From assembly GCF_000284115.1 (NCBI RefSeq), contig NC_017080.1, positions 1,920,001 through 1,952,000 of the forward strand: DNA of 32,000 bases. The letters run 5' to 3'. The position numbers and the translations under genes are program-made. Under the pieces are notes generated by a model that saw nothing but the letters and a program-made list of their open reading frames with translations, was not told the origin of the DNA and did no database searches. The stretch is from Phycisphaera mikurensis NBRC 102666 (GTDB taxonomy: Bacteria; Planctomycetota; Phycisphaerae; Phycisphaerales; Phycisphaeraceae). This document shows positions 1 to 7,655 of the stretch, piece by piece; positions within the stretch are counted from its first letter, which is position 1, and each line of letters begins with the position of its first letter.

Positions 1-547
1 CGTCCAGGTCGCCCGAGGCCAGCGGCGGCTTGGCGAGGTGGTCGATCACCATCGGCAGCCCGGGCAGCCGCTCGCACAGCTCCGGCACGAGCGGGAGGTG
101 CTTGGTGAGGATCAGCAGGTCGAAGCGGAGGCCACGCTCCCGCAGACGCTCCAGCCCGCGGAGCACCGCCGGGCTCAGCAGCCAGCGGTCGTCGGGCTCG
201 GCCTGGACGACGTGCCGGATGCCCCGGAGCTTCGGGCGCTCCGCGAGCTCGTCGAGCCGATCGTCCAGCGCCTCGGAGGTGAGGTCGACCCAACCGACGA
301 CGCCGGCGATCCGCGGGTGCGCTTCGGCGAGGTCGAGGTACCAGTCCGTCTCGGCGTCGCTGTGCGTCGCCTGCACGAGCACCGAGCGGGCGAAACCGGC
401 GGGGCCGTCGCGGCGGGCGAGCTCGGGGGCGAGGCGGGCCGGCCCGAAGTCCTCCGTCAGCGGCTCCATCCCCGGGCTGATCCAGTCCTGCGGGTTGCGG
501 GCGTGCTCCCAGAAGTGCTGGTGGGCGTCGATGAAGGCTTCGGGCAT
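1..547 (-). CDS. Amidohydrolase-2 family protein, probably a sugar lactonase (L-fucono-1,5-lactonase type). The C-terminus runs off the window.
   Basis: Absent from the ORF track because it stays open to the window edge. My reverse translation from the ATG at 547-545 gives MPEAFIDAHQHFWEHARNPQDW and, near the edge, LPMVIDHLAKPPL. These are the HxH metal motif and the later DH motif of the amidohydrolase_2 fold. It has an ATGA overlap with the stop of the upstream FucU-like gene. Confidence 0.75.
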   Translation of the reverse strand, partial: MPEAFIDAHQHFWEHARNPQDWISPGMEPLTEDFGPARLAPELARRDGPAGFARSVLVQATHSDAETDWYLDLAEAHPRIAGVVGWVDLTSEALDDRLDELAERPKLRGIRHVVQAEPDDRWLLSPAVLRGLERLRERGLRFDLLILTKHLPLVPELCERLPGLPMVIDHLAKPPLASGDLD

Positions 548-1011
548 CAGGCGGCTCCGGGGGCGGGCTGCACGACGCCGATCGTGAGCAGGATGTTCGC
601 GAAGAGCGCCTGCTCGCCGGTGGCGATGACCAGGCAGAGATCCTCGGACATCGCCTCGCGGTTGAAGGCCGGCTTCTGCAAGGCGTCGAAGCCGCCGGTG
701 AAGCCCGCCCGCTCGGCGAGCACGCGGCGGTAGTGCGCCCAGACCGGCGGGTCGCCGGTCATCGCGTAAGCGCCCTCGCGCTCGGGCTCCATCACCGCCA
801 CCGCCTCGACGGGCACGGCGTCGCACACCAGCTCCAGGGCCGTGGCCCCGCCGAGCAGGCCCGGCCGGAAGTTCGCCCAGACCGTGGAGGCGGCGGGATT
901 CCGCCGCGTGCTGTGCGGGTAGTTGCCGTCGGTGATGAGCACGCGGGCGAGGTGCCCGGCGCGGCCGAGGACGCCGAGGATCTCGGGGTGGGTGAGGGAG
1001 GTCTTGAGCAT
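547..1011 (-). CDS. fucU: RbsD/FucU family mutarotase (L-fucose mutarotase-like)
   Basis: The 154 aa ORF starts MLKTSLTHPEILGVLGRAGHLARVLITDGNYP and ends LCLVIATGEQALFANILLTIGVV, typical of RbsD/FucU pyranase/mutarotase proteins. It lies in an operon with dehydrogenases and a lactonase, next to a GH29 fucosidase. Confidence 0.8.
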   Translation of the reverse strand: MLKTSLTHPEILGVLGRAGHLARVLITDGNYPHSTRRNPAASTVWANFRPGLLGGATALELVCDAVPVEAVAVMEPEREGAYAMTGDPPVWAHYRRVLAERAGFTGGFDALQKPAFNREAMSEDLCLVIATGEQALFANILLTIGVVQPAPGAA

Positions 1012-1039
1012 CGGGAGCCTGGGCCTTGGACCCGTGGAT

Positions 1040-2053
1040 TCAAGCGACTTCGATCATCGCCTTGATGAGGCCGGGCTGCTTCGCGAGCCCCCCGAAGCGG
1101 TCGACCACCCCGGACAGCGGCAGCCGGTGCGTGATCCACGGTGCCGTGTCGATCTCGCCGGCCTCGACCATCGCGATCGTCCGCCGGAAGGCCTCCGGCG
1201 TGGAATTGCGGCTGGCGAACAGCGTCAGCTCGCGCTTGTGGAAGTTCGTGTCGTCGAAGGTGAGATCGCCCCGGAAGAAGCCGATGAAGACGATCCGGCC
1301 GCCGTGCGCCACGAGCTCGAAGCCGGCGGCCATCGAGCCGGCGTGGCCGGTGGCGTCGAAGAGCGCGGTGGGGAGGTCGCCGCCGTTGATCTCGCGGAGC
1401 GCCGCGGCCGCGTCTCTGCCGGCGGGGTTGAGCGTGCGGGCGACCCCCAGCACGTCGCGGCAGAAGGCGAGCCGCTCGTCGCTTAGGTCCATGACGATGA
1501 CGTCCGCGCCGCGGGCGAGGAGGAACTGGATCGCCGTGAGGCCGATCGGCCCCGCACCGACGACCAGCGCCGTCTCGCCCGCCTCCACGCCCCCGCGGTC
1601 GACCGCATGGCACCCGATGGTCAGCGTCTCGATGAGGGCGAGCTGGTCGAAGCTCAGCGACGCCGAGGGGTGCAGGTTCGCCGCGGGCACGACGAAGCGC
1701 TCGCGCATCCCGCCGTCCGCGTGCACGCCCAGCACCGCGATGTTCTCGCACGCGTTGGTCCTCCCGCGGCGGCAGGCGATGCAGCGGCCGCAGGCCATCA
1801 CCGGAGCGACGCAGCAACGGCAGCCTGTGGGCAGATCCACGCCCTCGCCCGCCTCCACCACCTCCACCCCGAGCTCGTGGCCGAGGATCCGCGGGTAGGA
1901 GAAGAAGGGCTGCCGGCCGGTGAAGGCGTGCAGGTCGGTGCCGCACACCCCCAGGCGGTGCACCCGGACGAGGGCTTCGCCCGGGCCGGGCGCGGGGTCG
2001 GGAGCCTCCAGCGCCTCGAAGCGGCCGGGCTCGGCGAGGGAAACGGTGAGCAT
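1040..2053 (-). CDS. Zinc-dependent medium-chain alcohol/polyol dehydrogenase (MDR family)
   Basis: The 337 aa ORF carries GVCGTDLH and GHE catalytic-zinc motifs, a Cys-rich structural-zinc loop (CGRCIACRRGRTNAC) and a GAGPIG Rossmann motif. Its start overlaps the stop of the upstream AKR gene (ATGA at 2051-2055). Confidence 0.85.
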   Translation of the reverse strand: MLTVSLAEPGRFEALEAPDPAPGPGEALVRVHRLGVCGTDLHAFTGRQPFFSYPRILGHELGVEVVEAGEGVDLPTGCRCCVAPVMACGRCIACRRGRTNACENIAVLGVHADGGMRERFVVPAANLHPSASLSFDQLALIETLTIGCHAVDRGGVEAGETALVVGAGPIGLTAIQFLLARGADVIVMDLSDERLAFCRDVLGVARTLNPAGRDAAAALREINGGDLPTALFDATGHAGSMAAGFELVAHGGRIVFIGFFRGDLTFDDTNFHKRELTLFASRNSTPEAFRRTIAMVEAGEIDTAPWITHRLPLSGVVDRFGGLAKQPGLIKAMIEVA

Positions 2054-3000
2054 CAGCGGTTCTCCTGGATGCCCGAGGGCCAGCTTTGGTTGTGGACGGG
2101 CTCGAGCACGGCCAGCACGTCGGCGAGCAGCTCCTCGTCAATGGGGTCGCTCAGCGCCTCCACGTTGCTCTGCATGCGGGCGGGGCTGGCCGAGCTCACC
2201 AGCGTGCTGGCGATCCTCAGCTCGGCGACGGCGTACTGCACCGCGAGCTTCTCGATGCGGGCGCCACGCCGCTCGCAGAGCTCCGCGGCGGCTTCGCACG
2301 CGGCCTGCAGCTCCTTCGGCGCCGGGTGCCACGCGGGCGCCCCGCGGTGCGTCAGCAGGCCCATCGCCAGCGGCGACGCGTTGATCACGCCGATGCCGGC
2401 GGCCTCGAGGGCGGGCAGGGCGTCGAGCAGCGCGGTGTCGTGGAGGCCGTAGCGGCAGTACGAGAGCACCGTGTCGATCGAGCCGGCGTCGACCCGGTCC
2501 ACCACGGCCAGCACGACCTCCAGCGGGAGGCCGGTGATCCCCACGAAGCGGGCTTTGCCCGCCTCCACCGCCCGGCGCATCGCGGGGATGCACTCTTCGA
2601 CGACGACGTCGAGGTCGCCGAACTCGACGTCGTGGGCCTGGATCAGGTCGACGTGGTCGACCCCGAGGCGGCCGAGGCTCTCGTCGATGCTTCGGGTGAT
2701 CCGATCCCCGGTGAAGTCGAAGTCCGGGGCTTCGGGTCCGTACCGTCCGCACTTCGTGGCGAGCACATAGCGGTCGCGCTGGACGCCCCGCAGCGCCCTG
2801 CCGAGCACCGTCTCCGCCTTGGTCAGCCCGTAGTAGGGCGCGACGTCGATGAGGTTGATGCCCAGGTCCAGCGCGTGGTGGACGGTGCGGATGCCCTCGG
2901 ATTCGTCGATGTCGCGGAAGACGCCGCCGAGGGAGGAGGCGCCGAAGCCCAGGGAGGAGACTTGGAGGCCGGTGCGGCCGAGGGATCTTCGTTCGAGCAT
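2053..3000 (-). CDS. Aldo/keto reductase, candidate L-fucose / D-threo-aldose 1-dehydrogenase
   Basis: The real product is the internal portion of the 2053..3513 ORF, starting MLERRSLGRTGLQVSSLGFGASSLGG, a classic AKR N-terminus, with DVAPYYG and LATKCG motifs. The ATG at 3000-2998 was chosen. The upstream 171 codons are low-complexity and overlap the divergent gene. An alternative ATG lies at 3021. Confidence 0.8.
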   Translation of the reverse strand: MLERRSLGRTGLQVSSLGFGASSLGGVFRDIDESEGIRTVHHALDLGINLIDVAPYYGLTKAETVLGRALRGVQRDRYVLATKCGRYGPEAPDFDFTGDRITRSIDESLGRLGVDHVDLIQAHDVEFGDLDVVVEECIPAMRRAVEAGKARFVGITGLPLEVVLAVVDRVDAGSIDTVLSYCRYGLHDTALLDALPALEAAGIGVINASPLAMGLLTHRGAPAWHPAPKELQAACEAAAELCERRGARIEKLAVQYAVAELRIASTLVSSASPARMQSNVEALSDPIDEELLADVLAVLEPVHNQSWPSGIQENR

Positions 3001-3094
3001 GGCTTCAGCGGTGCAGAGCATTGACAGCGAGGCGGCGGGCCGCTTAAGTAGGTTACCGCGGCGTCTTGGACGCTGATACCCCTCAGGATCGCAC

Positions 3095-3838
3095 ATGCCA
3101 CAGACTCCCCATCGCCTGCTGCTCGCTCTCTGGTCCGCGGCATGCCTCGCGGGCACCGCCTCCGCCGACTTCGCGGCGGACTTCGACGGCCTCGCGGCCG
3201 GGGAAGGCCCCGGAGGTGCCTGGATCGTCGACGGCACGGTTGAGGCCGCCGCCGCCGGCGGCGGGGAGGCGCTGCGCCTGCGCTCCGAGGGCAACGACTC
3301 CTCCGCCACGGCGCGGCGGCCGGTCGAGATGGTTGCGGGCGAGGAAGCCTGGACGGCTTCGGTGGACTGGTGCCCGGGCAGCTGGAGCAAGCCCGGCGTC
3401 GTCTTGGAGCTGACGCAGCCCAACGCGAACCAGCGTCTGTTCCGGATCACGACCCTCAGCGGGAAGAACACCTTCCGCGCGACCGACTGGCCCGGCGGCG
3501 AAGAGACCGACACGCCGATCGGGGAGGACTACAAGAAGGACCACTGGTACCGCGTCACCGCCACCGGCACGCTCGGCGAGCCGGAGTACGCCGTGAGGAT
3601 CGTCGAGCGGGGCCGCGAGAACGCTGCGGACGGAGAGGTCGTCTTCGATTCGGCCGGGGGGCCGAAGCTCCGCGTCAACCCGTCCGTGCGGGAGCCGAGC
3701 CTGCTGGGCTTCGGCGTCTGGCAGGGCCAGGGACCGGAGGGGTACGAGATCCTGGTCGACAACGTCAGCTTCACCTCCGGCAGCCCTGCCGCCGCCGACG
3801 CCGGCGGCGACCCGGAGCCACCCGCCGAGCCGGAATGA
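3095..3838 (+). CDS. Secreted hypothetical protein, concanavalin-A/LamG-like jelly-roll (inferred)
   Basis: The 247 aa ORF has a clear signal peptide (MPQTPHRLLLALWSAACLAGTASA/DF). Its beta-rich body (DHWYRVTATGTL, YEILVDNVSFTS) resembles lectin/glucanase-fold modules. Its stop overlaps the ATG of the GH29 gene (ATGA at 3835-3838). Confidence 0.6.
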   Translation: MPQTPHRLLLALWSAACLAGTASADFAADFDGLAAGEGPGGAWIVDGTVEAAAAGGGEALRLRSEGNDSSATARRPVEMVAGEEAWTASVDWCPGSWSKPGVVLELTQPNANQRLFRITTLSGKNTFRATDWPGGEETDTPIGEDYKKDHWYRVTATGTLGEPEYAVRIVERGRENAADGEVVFDSAGGPKLRVNPSVREPSLLGFGVWQGQGPEGYEILVDNVSFTSGSPAAADAGGDPEPPAEPE

Positions 3839-5403
3839 ATCGAGGATCGGCCGGCCCGCCGGCCCGCCAGCGCCACCTGGAACGCAAGATGATCGCAACG
3901 ACACAGGAGGCTCCCGGCGCCGCGCACGCTCCCGACGCCGGGGCGGGGCGGTTCGAAGCGACCTGGGCTTCCCTCGGGCAGTTCGAGATCCCGGACTGGT
4001 ATCGCGACGCGAAGCTTGGGATCTTCATCCACTGGGGCGTCGCATCGGTGCCGGCGTACAAGAGCGAGTGGTACCCCAAGTGGATGTACCAGCGGGACAG
4101 CGAGTTCTTCGCGTACCACGCGGAGACGCACGGACCTCAGGGCACGTTCGGCTTCAAGGACTTCATCCCCGGCTTCACCATGTCCGCCTGGGACCCGGCG
4201 GCCTGGGCCGAGCTGTTCGAGGCCTCGGGCGCCCGCTACGTCGTCCCGGTGGCGGAGCACCACGACGGCATCGCCCACTACGACTACAGCAAGTCCCGCT
4301 GGACGACCCTGAAGGTCGGGCCCCGGCGCGACCTGATCCGCGAGCTCGGGGACGCCGTCCGCGGGCGGGGCCTCAAGTACGGCGTGTCGTCGCACCGGGC
4401 GTACAACTGGCGGTTCTACACGTACGAGGACGGCTTCGACACGACCGATCCGGCCTTCAGCGATCTCTACGCGCGGCCGCACGCCCCGGACGAGGCGGCG
4501 GACGAGCCCTTCCTCCGCGACTGGCTCGCGCGCACCGAGGAGCTCGTCGACAAGTACCGACCCGACCTGGTCTGGTTCGACTGGTGCATCGGCTGGCCCG
4601 AGTTCGAGCCGTACCGCCGGGCGTTCGCGGCGCACTACTACAACGCCGCGGACCGCTGGGGCAAAGAGGTGGTGGTCAACTACAAGGAGGAGGACTTCGC
4701 CCCGGGCACCGGCGTCTTCGACATCGAACGCGGGCAGCTCGACGAGATCCGCGCGGACTTCTGGCAGACCGACACGTCGATCTCGCGCAACGGCTGGGCC
4801 TACAACGAGGACCCCGGCAACAAGTCGGCGACGTCGCTGCTGCACGACCTGATGGACGTGATCAGCAAGAACGGCTGCCTGCTGCTGAACATCGGACCGC
4901 GACCCGACGGAACCATCACCCAGGAGCAGGAAGACGTGCTCCGGACGATGGGGGCCTGGCTGCGGCAGAACGGCGAAGCGGTGTACGGAACCCGCCCCTG
5001 GAAGGTCTTCGGCGAAGGGCCCACCCGCGTCAAGGCCGGAACCTTCCAGGAGAAGGAGAACGCGGGTTTCACGCCGGAGGATCTGCGCTTCACGGCGTCC
5101 GGGGACACGCTCTACGCGACGACGCTCGGCGTGCCGAGCGGAGACCGGCTGCTGGTCCGTTCGCTGGGCTCGACCCTGAAGCTGCTGCTCGGCGACGTGC
5201 TCAGCGTCGAGATGCTCGGCCACGACGGGCCGCTCGCGTGGGAGCGCGGCGCTGATGGCCTGGCGGTGACGCTCCCCCCGCTCGACCACGCCCGCCACGG
5301 CATCGCGCTGCGGATCCGGACGCGGCCGCCGGAGGCGCCGAAGCGGACGGCGGACGCGGCGGGCTCCCACACCGCCGACAACGACATCGATTCGGCGGTC
5401 TGA
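3835..5403 (+). CDS. Alpha-L-fucosidase, glycoside hydrolase family 29
   Basis: It carries WYRDAKLGIFIHWGVASVPAY, AEHHDG and DLVWFDW motifs typical of GH29. The start is either ATG 3835 (coupled to the upstream stop) or ATG 3889 (MIATTQ). The part of the 3370..5403 ORF before 3835 overlaps the previous gene and is rejected. No signal peptide follows either start. Confidence 0.85.
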   Translation: MNRGSAGPPARQRHLERKMIATTQEAPGAAHAPDAGAGRFEATWASLGQFEIPDWYRDAKLGIFIHWGVASVPAYKSEWYPKWMYQRDSEFFAYHAETHGPQGTFGFKDFIPGFTMSAWDPAAWAELFEASGARYVVPVAEHHDGIAHYDYSKSRWTTLKVGPRRDLIRELGDAVRGRGLKYGVSSHRAYNWRFYTYEDGFDTTDPAFSDLYARPHAPDEAADEPFLRDWLARTEELVDKYRPDLVWFDWCIGWPEFEPYRRAFAAHYYNAADRWGKEVVVNYKEEDFAPGTGVFDIERGQLDEIRADFWQTDTSISRNGWAYNEDPGNKSATSLLHDLMDVISKNGCLLLNIGPRPDGTITQEQEDVLRTMGAWLRQNGEAVYGTRPWKVFGEGPTRVKAGTFQEKENAGFTPEDLRFTASGDTLYATTLGVPSGDRLLVRSLGSTLKLLLGDVLSVEMLGHDGPLAWERGADGLAVTLPPLDHARHGIALRIRTRPPEAPKRTADAAGSHTADNDIDSAV

Positions 5404-5576
5404 AGAGCCGGCCGGACCGCGGCCGCGGCGTCGCCTCCGCCGCGTCGGCCATGCCCCGGCACCGCGAGATCGATCGCCTTGTGCGCCCGCTTCTGGCGGC
5501 GTGCAGTCGCTTCGGTGTGCGGCGGTCCGCTGCCGGGAGGACGAGAAGAAAAGCCAGGGAATTGCGAAGGAAAAGC

Positions 5577-5604
5577 TTGATCGAGGTTGGCGTTTTGCTA
5601 AATT
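5577..5604 (+). promoter_or_regulatory. Sigma70-like hexamer pair (TTGATC, 16 nt spacer, TAAATT) in a low-GC intergenic island
   Basis: Read directly: TTGATC at 5577-5582 and TAAATT at 5599-5604. It sits between two convergent genes, so it has no obvious gene to drive. Promoter consensus for this lineage is not known to me. Confidence 0.25.
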
Positions 5605-5689
5605 CGCCTCGTCGTCCTGCGGCCGACGGCTTCGGGCATCGGCAAAAGGAAACGGGTCCTGTTCTTACCGGGAGCCGGACACGATTTGA

Positions 5690-5718
5690 GCGGATCCCGC
5701 CGTGGGCGGCGGGTCCGC
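5690..5718 (+). other. GC-rich stem-loop (about 11 bp stem with one bulge, 6 nt loop)
   Basis: GCGGAtCCCGCC (5690-5701) pairs with GGCGGG..TCCGC (5708-5718). No U-tract follows. It lies about 110 nt downstream of the hexamer pair at 5577-5604. Confidence 0.3.
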
Positions 5719-5892
5719 TCGGCGGGAAGAGGTGCCGCATGGCAGGGCTTCCCGGCTGTGGTTCGAGAGGACCCCGGAGCCCCCGGGCTCGCACCTCGGA
5801 GGCACCGGCACGCGCGACGCTTCCGGTCGACACGCCGCAACGCGGGACGGCAGGCAGCCGACGGACCTCCGGGTCCGCCGGTCGCTTGCGGG

Positions 5893-7407
5893 TCACGCCG
5901 ACCCGGCCGTCAGCGCGGTGGGGAGGGCCGCCATCTCCGGGTACCGGTCGTCCGCGTCGCCGAGCTCTTCCTTCAGCGCCAGCAGCTGCTTCTTGAGCCC
6001 GGCGATCACCGCCGCGCAGGCGGGGTCGTCGATGCGGTTGACGTTCTCCGCCGGGTCCGACCGCAGGTCGTAGTACTCCCACCCCGGCGGCGTGCTGCCG
6101 GGGAGCGCGTCCGTGGCGTCCAGCGGCAGGCCGTAAAAGTGGATGAGCTTGTGGTCCCGGGTCCGCAGCCCGTAGTGCGCGGGGTTGTGGTGGTGGGCCA
6201 TGTGCATCCAGTAGCGGTAGTAGACGCCCTTTGGCCAGTCCTCGGCGGCATCGCCCGCGAGATTCGCCCGGAAGCTGCGGCCCTGCATCGCATCGGGTGC
6301 GGCGAGGCCGGCGTAGTCCAGCAGCGTCGGGGCGAAGTCGACGTTGCTGATCATGTCCCCGTTGGTGCCGCCGGCGGGGATCTCGCCGGGGAGCCGTGCG
6401 ATCAGCGGCATCCGCATCGCCTCGTCGTAGATCCAGCGCTTGTCGATGTAGTCGTGCTCGCCGAGGAACATGCCCTGGTCGGATGTGTAGAGGACCAGCG
6501 TGTCCTCCGCGAGGCCCTCTTCTTCGAGCGTGTCGAGCAGCCGCCCCACGCCCTCGTCGATGGCGGCGCAGCAGCGGAGGTAGTCCTTCAGGTACTTCTG
6601 GTACGCGGCTCGCGTCCGGCCGTCGGCGTCGAGGCCGCGGACGTCCAGCGGGCCCGTGGGGTAGGCGGGATCGCTCATCCGCAGGATCGCGTTGCGGACC
6701 GGGTTGCGGTCGGACACCGAAGTCCCGTGGTGGCGCGTGCAGGGGGCGCGGCGGGCGTGGTCTTCCCAGAGGTTGTCCGGCTCGGGGACGTCCACCCCGT
6801 CGAAGAGGTGCTCGTGCCGCGGGTGGTACTCGAAGTCGTCGTGCGGGGCCTTGTGGTGGCAGCAGAACAGGAAGGGCCGGTCGCGGTCTCGGTTCCGCAA
6901 CGCCTCCACGGTGAAGTCGGTCACCAGGTCGGTGACGTAGCCGCGGTGCCGGGTCCCGCCCTCGCTGTGGTGGGCGTGGTAGGAGGATGCCCAATCGTCT
7001 CCGGGACCGAGGAAGTGCGGATTGAAGTACACGCCCTGGCCGGGGAGGACGCGGTAATCGTCGAAGCCCGCGGGGGGGCAGTGGACGTGCCACTTCCCGT
7101 AGAGGCCCGTCTGGTACCCGGCCGCCCGCAGTCGTCGCGGGAAGGTGTCGGCGTCGGCGTCGAGGGCGTCGCTGAGCGTGCGGACGCCGCACGCGTGGCC
7201 GTGCAGGCCGGTGAGGATGGACGCCCGGCTGGGGGTGCAGATCGCGTTCGTGCAGAAGCACCGGTCCACCCGCACGCCGCCCGCGGCCAGCCGATCGAGG
7301 TGGGGCGTTCGGAAGACTTCCGCGAGGATCGAGCCGTACGCGCTGATCGCCGAGGCCGCGTGGTCGTCGGCCATGATCATCAGGATGTTCGGGCGTTTCT
7401 GCGGCAT
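5893..7407 (-). CDS. Formylglycine-dependent sulfatase (arylsulfatase family), no signal peptide
   Basis: The internal start gives MPQKRPNILMIMADDH, followed by the sulfatase signature CTPSRASILTG and GKWH. The ATG at 7407-7405 was chosen. The upstream 86 codons of the 5893..7665 ORF are Arg-rich junk. Confidence 0.9.
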   Translation of the reverse strand: MPQKRPNILMIMADDHAASAISAYGSILAEVFRTPHLDRLAAGGVRVDRCFCTNAICTPSRASILTGLHGHACGVRTLSDALDADADTFPRRLRAAGYQTGLYGKWHVHCPPAGFDDYRVLPGQGVYFNPHFLGPGDDWASSYHAHHSEGGTRHRGYVTDLVTDFTVEALRNRDRDRPFLFCCHHKAPHDDFEYHPRHEHLFDGVDVPEPDNLWEDHARRAPCTRHHGTSVSDRNPVRNAILRMSDPAYPTGPLDVRGLDADGRTRAAYQKYLKDYLRCCAAIDEGVGRLLDTLEEEGLAEDTLVLYTSDQGMFLGEHDYIDKRWIYDEAMRMPLIARLPGEIPAGGTNGDMISNVDFAPTLLDYAGLAAPDAMQGRSFRANLAGDAAEDWPKGVYYRYWMHMAHHHNPAHYGLRTRDHKLIHFYGLPLDATDALPGSTPPGWEYYDLRSDPAENVNRIDDPACAAVIAGLKKQLLALKEELGDADDRYPEMAALPTALTAGSA

Positions 7408-7655
7408 GGCCGGCGACGTTAGCCGGAACAGGCGATTCGCCCTGTGGCGGGGTTCCCGGCGTTGCGACAACCGGGATGGGCGCAAGAAGACCGATGGCGT
7501 GCTCCCGCGGATCCGCCGGCTCGACATCGCCGCGAGGAGCCGCCGCAGTCGCAACGCGTGGTGCCGCGTCACGGCGGGCCGCAGCCGGTAGCATCGGCTC
7601 CTTTCCGCTTCCCGATCCCGCGGCAACGCCCGCGCCCTTAGGACACCCAGGCTCC

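Noticed and set aside
792-2141. 449 aa ORF on the minus strand (with 923..1486 +, 1026..1898 + and 1607..2452 +) overlapping the FucU and Zn-dehydrogenase genes
   Set aside because: The translations are Arg/Pro/Gly/Ala low-complexity strings with no family motifs. They are alternative-frame shadows of genes with clear homology, as expected at this GC content.
3001-3513. N-terminal 171-codon extension of the aldo/keto reductase ORF (2053..3513)
   Set aside because: The extension is low-complexity and runs antisense through the divergent secreted-protein gene. The AKR homology begins exactly at the internal MLERRSLGRTG start.
5745-5785. tRNA-like T-loop sequence GGTTCGAGAGG
   Set aside because: The flanks do not form a T-stem, and no acceptor, D or anticodon arms can be drawn. 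It is a chance match.
7476-7655. Upstream 60 codons of the UxaE-like ORF
   Set aside because: It has many A/T-ending and rare codons (aga aga, tta, gga) and low-complexity sequence. Family similarity starts at the ATG at 7656.
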